From Dehalococcoidia bacterium (GTDB taxonomy: Bacteria > Chloroflexota > Dehalococcoidia > Lucifugimonadales > Australimonadaceae), in contig OZ244813.1 of assembly GCA_965220225.1 (NCBI GenBank), positions 2,826,570 through 2,890,569 on the forward strand: a DNA stretch of 64,000 nt, in the 5' to 3' direction. Within the stretch, counting starts at the first letter, position 1; each line of letters begins with the position of its first letter. Positions 57,391-64,000 of this stretch are shown in pieces. Position numbers and translations under genes: made by a program. The notes under the pieces are model-generated. The model worked only from the letters and a program-made list of their open reading frames with translations. It was not told the DNA's origin and made no database searches.

Positions 57391-58863
57391 ATGATGATCC
57401 GCAAGAAACTGATAGCAAAGTTCCTGGTGGCGATGGCCCTGACAGCCATGTTCCTCACGGCGGTATTCGTCGGATGCACCGGCGAACGGGGCCCCGAAGG
57501 CGGGGACTCCGAGCGCGGGGCGGCGAGCGAGGTCTCCGAGCGCGGCGGCGAGTCCGGCGGGGAGCACGGGGCCGGCGACGAAGGCTCCGGCGGTGAAGGC
57601 GCCGAGGGTAGCAGCGGCGGCGAAGAGGCCAGCGCAGCGGCCCTTGCGCCGGACCAGACGTTCGACGCGGTCCGCGGCGGCGCGCGGTTGGTCATGAACT
57701 ACGACGCCGCGGGCAACGCCTTCGTCGGCACCGTCGAGAACACGACCAACAGCACCCTGACGAGGGTCAGGATCGAAGTGCACATCACCAACGGACCGGA
57801 ACTCGGCCCGACGACCCCGATAGACCTGACCCCGGGCCAGGTGGCGGCGGTCAGCCTGCCGTTCTCGCAGGCGTTCACCGGATGGGTGGCGCACGCGGAG
57901 GTCGGCAGTGGCGAGGGCGGCAGTGAAGGCGGCTCCGAGGGCGCCGGCGGCGAGGGGCACGGCCCCGGCGGCGAAGGCGGCAGCGAAGGCGAAGCTGCCC
58001 GGGAAGCGGCCATGTCCAGCCCGATCACTCCGCTCGACCAACCGTGGAACGGCGTTCTCGGCGGGCTGGCGATCTCCGCGCGGTACGACGCGGCAACCCA
58101 GTCCGTCCAGGCGACGGTGCAGAACACGCTCTCGCAGAAGCTCTGCTACGTGCAGGCGGAACCGCACTTGAAGTCCGGGACGCAGACCGTGGGCGAGCTG
58201 GGGCCCGACGTGCTGGGAGACCTGAACCCCGGCCAGCAGGCGGTGTCCAACGTGTCCGTTTCCAGCGAACCAGGTCTCGCGGGCGTGTCGTTCGACGGAT
58301 ACGTCGTGCACATGGAAGTGTTCGACTGCGCCGGGCCCGGCCCCGTGCCACACACCGGCGGAGAAGGGGCTGAGGGCAGCGGCGGAGAAGGCGCAGGCGG
58401 CGAAGGGCACGGCCCGGGCGGAGAAGGCGGCAGCGAAGGTTCCAGGAGCGAAGGCAACGAGTCCGGCGCATCCGGCGGCAGCGAGGAAGGCAGCGCGGCC
58501 ATGCTGGCGCCGGACCAGACCTTCGACGCAATCCGCAGTGGCGCACGGCTGATCCTGAACTACAACGCCTCCACCAACGCCTTCCTCGGCACGGTGGAGA
58601 ACACGACCAACGGCGTGCTGACAGACGTCAGAATCGAAGTGCACCTCTCCAACGGGACGGAGCTCGGGCCGACGCCCCGGATGGACCTGGCGCCGGGCGA
58701 CGTGGAGCTGGTCTTCCTGCCCTCGACGCAGGCGTCGTTCACCGGATGGGTGGCGCACGCTGAGGTCGGCGGCGGCGAGTCCGGCGGTGAGCATGGCTCC
58801 GGCAGCGGCGGCGGCGAGTCCGGCGGCGAACACGGCTCCGGCGGTGAGCGTGGCAGTGGCTAG
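57391..58863 (+). CDS. Lipoprotein with three related beta-rich domains and G/E/S/H-rich linkers
   Basis: AGGAGG RBS, lipobox FVGC, repeated 'GTVENTT..L..VRIEVH..G.ELGP..DL.PG...W.AHAEV'. Confidence 0.8.
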   Translation: MMIRKKLIAKFLVAMALTAMFLTAVFVGCTGERGPEGGDSERGAASEVSERGGESGGEHGAGDEGSGGEGAEGSSGGEEASAAALAPDQTFDAVRGGARLVMNYDAAGNAFVGTVENTTNSTLTRVRIEVHITNGPELGPTTPIDLTPGQVAAVSLPFSQAFTGWVAHAEVGSGEGGSEGGSEGAGGEGHGPGGEGGSEGEAAREAAMSSPITPLDQPWNGVLGGLAISARYDAATQSVQATVQNTLSQKLCYVQAEPHLKSGTQTVGELGPDVLGDLNPGQQAVSNVSVSSEPGLAGVSFDGYVVHMEVFDCAGPGPVPHTGGEGAEGSGGEGAGGEGHGPGGEGGSEGSRSEGNESGASGGSEEGSAAMLAPDQTFDAIRSGARLILNYNASTNAFLGTVENTTNGVLTDVRIEVHLSNGTELGPTPRMDLAPGDVELVFLPSTQASFTGWVAHAEVGGGESGGEHGSGSGGGESGGEHGSGGERGSG

Positions 58864-58971
58864 AGCCGGGGCCAGTCCGTGGCCGGATATAATCCGGCCA
58901 CGGAGGCACCCGCAGACGGACGCGGCGCCTGAGGAGGCGCCGCGTCCCACGTGGATTCGAGAGGACCAGCG

Positions 58972-59649
58972 ATGAGCGGCACCGTACTGATCGTCGAAGA
59001 CGATACGAGGATCGCGAACTGGGTCAGGGTGTACTTCGAGCGCGCCGGGTTCTCCGCCGAGGTCGCTCACGACGGCATATCCGGCCTGGACCTGGCCCGC
59101 GACCTAGCGCCTGATCTGATCATCCTCGACCTGATGCTTCCCCGTCTCGACGGCGTGGAGCTGTGCCGGATACTGCGCCGGGAGTCGGACGTCCCTATCA
59201 TCATGCTGACGGCCAGGGAGGCCCCCGTCGAGCGCATCACCGGACTGGACAGCGGCGCCGACGACTACATCGTCAAGCCGTTCGATCCGGACGAAGTCAT
59301 CGCCCGGGCCGAGGCAGTGCTCCGCCGCGTGAAGGGCAAGGTGCAGCAGGTGCTGAAGCACGGCAACATCACCCTGAACGAGACCACCGGGGTCGTGACG
59401 GTCGATGAGGAGCCCGTAACGCTGAGCCAGGGGCAGACCGCCCTGCTGTCGACGTTCATGCGCCATCCCAACCAGCTGCTCACCCGCGATCAGTTGATCT
59501 CGCTGGCCTTCAACGATGAGTTCGAGGGGTTCGACCGCGCCATCGACAGCCAGATCGCCCGCCTGCGGAAGCAGATCAATCGGGACGGCAGGCAGCCGAT
59601 CCAGACCGTCTACGGCGGGGGCTACCGGTTCGTGACGGAGGACGCGTGA
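58972..59649 (+). CDS. OmpR-family response regulator
   Basis: VEDD, LDLMLP, GADDYIVKPF and IQTVYGGGY. Confidence 0.95.
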   Translation: MSGTVLIVEDDTRIANWVRVYFERAGFSAEVAHDGISGLDLARDLAPDLIILDLMLPRLDGVELCRILRRESDVPIIMLTAREAPVERITGLDSGADDYIVKPFDPDEVIARAEAVLRRVKGKVQQVLKHGNITLNETTGVVTVDEEPVTLSQGQTALLSTFMRHPNQLLTRDQLISLAFNDEFEGFDRAIDSQIARLRKQINRDGRQPIQTVYGGGYRFVTEDA

Positions 59650-61052
59650 TGTCGCTGCGCTGGCGCATCATGGGCGCGACCATCTTCATCGTCGTTCTCA
59701 CCGTGCTGATCAGCGTCGGCGTGGGCTACTACGCGACGCAGTCCCGTCTGGACGTGTTCGTGGACCGGATAGGCAACGACGAGGCGGTCCAACTGGCCCG
59801 CGATCTGAGCCGGGAGTACACCGCCGCGGGCGGCTGGGGGACCGTGGACACCGCGCTGTCCGAGGCGGGATACGCCTACGAGGGAGGCGGGGAGAGCGAG
59901 GAGCACGGAGAGAGTGAGGAGGAGTCATCGGAACTCTTCCACAACGACCAGATACGAGTTGTCGTCGCAGATGCAGACGGACGCGTGGTGAGAGACAACA
60001 TGTCCGTCCTGTCGCCCGGCGCCGCCGCGTCCGACCTGTCAGGCCGCCGCGAGGCGGTGTTCGACCTCGCCGCGGACCGGCCCGTGGGCCACGTGTACGT
60101 GGACGTGAACCGCTCGTTCCTGTCGACGGAGTCGCACGGGTTCCTCAGTACGCTCCTGTACATCATCCTGATCGGCGGGGCGTTGACGGTGGGCGTCGCC
60201 GTACTGCTGGCTGCCTGGCTGTCCAAGCGGGTCACGGCGCCCGTAACGGCTTTGACGGAGGCAACCGAGGCGATCGCCCAGGGGGATACCGCCCAGCTGC
60301 CGGTCACGTCATCGGACGAACTGGGAAAGATGAGCGTGGCGTTCAACCGGATGACCTCCTCCCTGGAAACCCAGCGCGAACTCCGCAGGCGGCTGATCAA
60401 CGACGTCTCCCACGAGCTGAATACACCGCTGAGCGTGATCCAACTGGAGGCTGCGGGGCTGCGCGACGGACTGCAGAGCGGCGAGAGCGCGTCCGGCCAC
60501 ATCATCCAGGAGGTGGAGCGGCTGCGCGGCCTCGTGACCGATCTGAACTGGCTGGCGGAGACGGACCACGGGGAGTTGCGGCTCACGCTGGAGACAGGTC
60601 CGGTCCACGAACTGCTCGCCGCGGAGGTGGAGCGCTGGCAGCCGCAGGCCGACGCCCGGCAGGTCGCACTGTCACTGGAGGCGTCCGCCGCCCTCCCGGA
60701 CATGAACCTGGATCGTATGCGGATGGGCCAGGCGCTGGGGAACGTGCTGAGCAACGCCATCCGCTGCACCGAGACCGGTGGCAGCATCGTGCTCAGGGCG
60801 GAGCCGCAGAACGGCGATGCGCTGGCCATCTCGATCGCCGACGACGGCATCGGCATCGACGCGGCGGACCTTCCGCACGTCTTCGACCGCTTCTATCGCA
60901 CCGACGAGTCGCGCAGCCGCGGGATAGGCGGCACCGGCCTGGGGTTGGCCATCACGCGCGCCATCGTCGAAGCGCACGGGGGCTCGATCGCCGTTGCAAG
61001 CGACGGGCCAGAGCAGGGAGCGACCGTGACCATCCGCCTTCCGCTGCAGTGA
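59646..61052 (+). CDS. HAMP sensor histidine kinase (BaeS-like)
   Basis: Two TM helices, HAMP, SHELNTPL, N box, DDGIG and GTGLGL. Confidence 0.95.
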   Translation: MMSLRWRIMGATIFIVVLTVLISVGVGYYATQSRLDVFVDRIGNDEAVQLARDLSREYTAAGGWGTVDTALSEAGYAYEGGGESEEHGESEEESSELFHNDQIRVVVADADGRVVRDNMSVLSPGAAASDLSGRREAVFDLAADRPVGHVYVDVNRSFLSTESHGFLSTLLYIILIGGALTVGVAVLLAAWLSKRVTAPVTALTEATEAIAQGDTAQLPVTSSDELGKMSVAFNRMTSSLETQRELRRRLINDVSHELNTPLSVIQLEAAGLRDGLQSGESASGHIIQEVERLRGLVTDLNWLAETDHGELRLTLETGPVHELLAAEVERWQPQADARQVALSLEASAALPDMNLDRMRMGQALGNVLSNAIRCTETGGSIVLRAEPQNGDALAISIADDGIGIDAADLPHVFDRFYRTDESRSRGIGGTGLGLAITRAIVEAHGGSIAVASDGPEQGATVTIRLPLQ

Positions 61053-61150
61053 GCGGACACCCCCTGGAGCATTCCAAGCTCGCTCGGAATGCCAACTACG
61101 AACGGCTATACTGCGCCCGACCCCAACGCGAGGCAGAGGAGGCTCGGCGC

Positions 61151-62314
61151 ATGGCTCCCTACAAACGCATCTCCGGAGACTCCCATCTCGAGGTAGCGAA
61201 CGAGCGCTGGACACACCGCGTAGACCCCGCGTTCCGCGACCGCGCACCCCGCACGGTGAAGCTCGATACCGGCGCGGACGCGACGCAACTGGAAGACCTG
61301 CCCCCCACCCAGAACCCGATGGACCTCTACGGCGGCAAGGGGCGCGACATCTGGTATCCCGGCGGTCAGACATACGAGTCCACGCCGGGCACCGGCCCGC
61401 CGCAGCAGCGCGTGCAGGAGCAGCAGAAGGACGGTCTCGACGCTGAGATACTCTACCCTGCCGTGGTCTGCGGCCCGCGTCTCTGGATGCAGGTGAAGGA
61501 CGACGCCCTCCACCGAGCGCTCTTCCGGGGCTGGAACACCTGGCTCGGCGAGGAGTACTGCTCCGAAGCACCTGACCGGCTGCTCGGCATCGGCGCGGTC
61601 CCCGCCACCGGCGTCGACGACGCCGTCGCCGAGCTGGAACACTGCAAGTCCGTGGGACTGACCGGCGTGCAGTTGATGACGTTCCCCAACGGTGGCGGCA
61701 AGCCCCTGCCGGAGGACGACCGCTTCTGGGCCGCGTCGCTCGACCTGCAGATGCCGGTCTCCATCCACGTCGAACTCGACCGGACCGGCAAGCGCGGCGG
61801 GAAGATGCTCGACTACCCCGCTGAAGACGACCGCGTAACCACGGAACTCGCGTTCCAGGTGCAGCGGTTCGCCGCACGGGGCGGGGGCACGAACGCGGTG
61901 CAACTGCTGCTCTCCGGCCTGTTCGACCGCTTCCCCGACCTGCGCGTCTGCCTCGCCGAGACCTCCATCGGCTGGGTGCCCTTCTTCCTGGAGATCGCGG
62001 ACGTACGTTACAACCGCCACATCCACTGGGCGCAGAGCATGAACGGCTTCACGCCCCTCAAGGCAATGCCCAGCGAACTGCTCAACGAGTACTTCTACTG
62101 GGGCTTCCAGCAGGACCGCTCCGGCGTTGACCTGCGGCACCACATGAACGTGGAGCGGCTCATCTGGGCCGCCGACTTCCCTCACCAGGAGTCGGACTGG
62201 CCGCACTCGGACATGGTCATGGAGCACAACTTCTCCGGCGTCCCGGAGGACGAGGTCTACAAGATGATCGTCCAGAACGCCGTGGACTTCTTCCACCTGC
62301 CGGAGCGGAACTAA
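61151..62314 (+). CDS. Amidohydrolase_2 family protein
   Basis: ISGDSH, SIHV, AET.IGWVP and ADFPH. Confidence 0.88.
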   Translation: MAPYKRISGDSHLEVANERWTHRVDPAFRDRAPRTVKLDTGADATQLEDLPPTQNPMDLYGGKGRDIWYPGGQTYESTPGTGPPQQRVQEQQKDGLDAEILYPAVVCGPRLWMQVKDDALHRALFRGWNTWLGEEYCSEAPDRLLGIGAVPATGVDDAVAELEHCKSVGLTGVQLMTFPNGGGKPLPEDDRFWAASLDLQMPVSIHVELDRTGKRGGKMLDYPAEDDRVTTELAFQVQRFAARGGGTNAVQLLLSGLFDRFPDLRVCLAETSIGWVPFFLEIADVRYNRHIHWAQSMNGFTPLKAMPSELLNEYFYWGFQQDRSGVDLRHHMNVERLIWAADFPHQESDWPHSDMVMEHNFSGVPEDEVYKMIVQNAVDFFHLPERN

Positions 62315-62335
62315 GTAGACCGACGGAGGGCCAAC

Positions 62336-63073
62336 GTGAGCGAGACAGACGAACTGCAAAACGATCTGGTGACCGCATCCACCATCATCGAGTGGGAGTT
62401 CGGGGACATCATCGGCCACGTCGGCGTGCGGCTACCTGACGAGCAGGGCATCGCGGTCAAGATGCTCCGCGCCCCTCAGTTACCCGGAGCCGAGAACTGG
62501 ATGATGCAGTTCGACATGGACGGGAACAAGATCTCCGGCGAGGGCACGGTGCCGGGGGAGGCGGCCATCTACACCCGCATCTTCCGCGCGAAGCCGGAGG
62601 TCAACGCCATCGTCCACGCCCACGCCAACATGTGCATCGCGCTCGGGCTGGCCGGAGTGCCCATCAACGGCGTCCACCTCGCCTCCGCGAAGTTCGCTGA
62701 CGGCCTGCCGGTCCACCCCGTGCCCACCTATGTCTCCGACGACGAAGACGGCGACGCGATCACCCGAACGCTCGGCGACGCGCCCGGCATGACCATCAAC
62801 GGCCACGGCATCGTCACGGTTGGCAAGAGCATCGACGAGGCGTGCTTCACGGCGGTGTACATGGAGCGCACGGCCAAGATCATCCAAGCCGCCCGGTTGC
62901 TGGGGTTCGACCAGGTCGACGGCGCGTTCAGGGAGGAGATGGCCGGCAACGCGCGCAAGATGAGCGAGCGCCAAGCATCCATCAACCGCCCGAAGGTCGA
63001 TCACTCCGACGACTGGCGCTACTACACGAGGAAACTCGAACGCGGCGAGCCGTGGAACCGTGGCTGGACCTAG
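62336..63073 (+). CDS. Class II aldolase/adducin family protein
   Basis: GHVGVR, AIVHAH and GHGIVTVG. Confidence 0.85.
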   Translation: MSETDELQNDLVTASTIIEWEFGDIIGHVGVRLPDEQGIAVKMLRAPQLPGAENWMMQFDMDGNKISGEGTVPGEAAIYTRIFRAKPEVNAIVHAHANMCIALGLAGVPINGVHLASAKFADGLPVHPVPTYVSDDEDGDAITRTLGDAPGMTINGHGIVTVGKSIDEACFTAVYMERTAKIIQAARLLGFDQVDGAFREEMAGNARKMSERQASINRPKVDHSDDWRYYTRKLERGEPWNRGWT

Positions 63074-64000
63074 CCTGATCGCCTCCCGGCGCCGCAGGCG
63101 CACGAGTCTCTTCTGGCCGTTCGACGCCTATTACGGCTGGGCGATCGCGTGGACGGCGCTCATCGTCTCCTTCGCGTCGTCCGTCTTCTACGGCCCAGTG
63201 CTCAGCGTCTGGTTCGAGCCGATCCGCGAGGAGACGGGCTGGTCGTCGTCGGAGATCACGGCGTCGTTCACCATCGGCAGTTTCTCCGGTTCCATCCTCA
63301 CCGCCGTCATCGGCAGGGTGATGGACCGTTACGGGACACGCACCATCACTGCGGTTTCCGGCATGGTGCTCGCGGGGTGCATGATAGGGCTCGCGTTCAT
63401 GCAGGCCCCGTGGCAGATGTGGCTCTTCTTCGGAGCGGGGCGCGCGTTCGCCATCGCGGGCGTGCAGGTCGGCACTACGGTCGCGATCGCCAACTGGTTC
63501 ATCCGCAAGCGTGGCAAGGCGACCTCCTTCGCCGGGTTCGGCCTCCGGGCCGGGCAGGCGCTCGTGCCCCTTGCGGCGGCGGTGATCATCGTGCTGCTCA
63601 CCTGGCGCTGGGCCTTCGGCCTGCTCGCCATCTCCGCCATCCTGCTCATCACCGCGCCGGCGCTGGTCTACCTCCGGCGCAGGCCCGAGGACTACGGCCT
63701 GCTGCCCGACGGCGAACCGCCCCCCAATGCAACATGGAACCCGAGTGGGAACGACGCGCGGGAGACAGAGACGCCGTGGACAGCGTCCCAGGCCCAGAAG
63801 ACGGCTGCCTTCTGGCTCATCCTGCTCACTATGTCGATCATGTTCTTCGCGCAGACGGCAACGAACCTCCACGCGGCGCCGCACTTCCAGGTGCGCGGCG
63901 TCCCGTTCGAGAACTCCGTGGTCGTCGTGTTCATCTTCGCCTCCATCTCGGCGGTGATGACCGTGCCATGGGGCTGGGTCATGGACCGTATCCACGTGCG
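63060..64000 (+). CDS. MFS transporter, N-terminal part (runs off the window; start uncertain)
   Basis: Translated by hand: YYGWAI, GRVMDRYGTR, NWFIRKRGKA and RRPEDYGLLPDG. Confidence 0.85.
   Translation, partial: MAGPSLIASRRRRRTSLFWPFDAYYGWAIAWTALIVSFASSVFYGPVLSVWFEPIREETGWSSSEITASFTIGSFSGSILTAVIGRVMDRYGTRTITAVSGMVLAGCMIGLAFMQAPWQMWLFFGAGRAFAIAGVQVGTTVAIANWFIRKRGKATSFAGFGLRAGQALVPLAAAVIIVLLTWRWAFGLLAISAILLITAPALVYLRRRPEDYGLLPDGEPPPNATWNPSGNDARETETPWTASQAQKTAAFWLILLTMSIMFFAQTATNLHAAPHFQVRGVPFENSVVVVFIFASISAVMTVPWGWVMDRIHV

Overview
High-GC bacterial window. The gene content (LLM-class oxidoreductase, amidohydrolases, PT-linker TctC lipoproteins, CoxG) suggests Chloroflexota/Dehalococcoidia; this is inference. 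It carries housekeeping genes (gpmA, hemW, ychF, polA, gmk, aroA, orn, a pseudouridine synthase), an 11-gene Mrp/Mbh-type antiporter operon, a triplicated tctC-tctA(B)-lutABC locus and catabolic genes. The accessory region 40.9-50.3 kb is the highlight. A 2813-bp IS1595-family element (41245-44057; 25-bp terminal inverted repeats, 8-bp target duplication CTCCCTTG) has inserted into a REP-like palindrome. Besides its transposase it carries two similarly built cassettes: promoter, ACAAGTCCG hairpin, ORF, then an atypical tRNA-like gene. One is a Ser-like class II body with a Trp (CCA) anticodon and a 51-nt variable arm. The other is a degenerate Sec-like RNA with a UCA anticodon enclosed in a 16-bp stem. 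A putative defence cluster (methyltransferase-Mrr fusion plus orphans) and an orphan AAA replication-type protein with iteron-like repeats follow. Several REP-like palindrome families are scattered across the window, and some copies sit in-frame inside proteins. All product calls come from motifs recognised by eye; no database searches were run.
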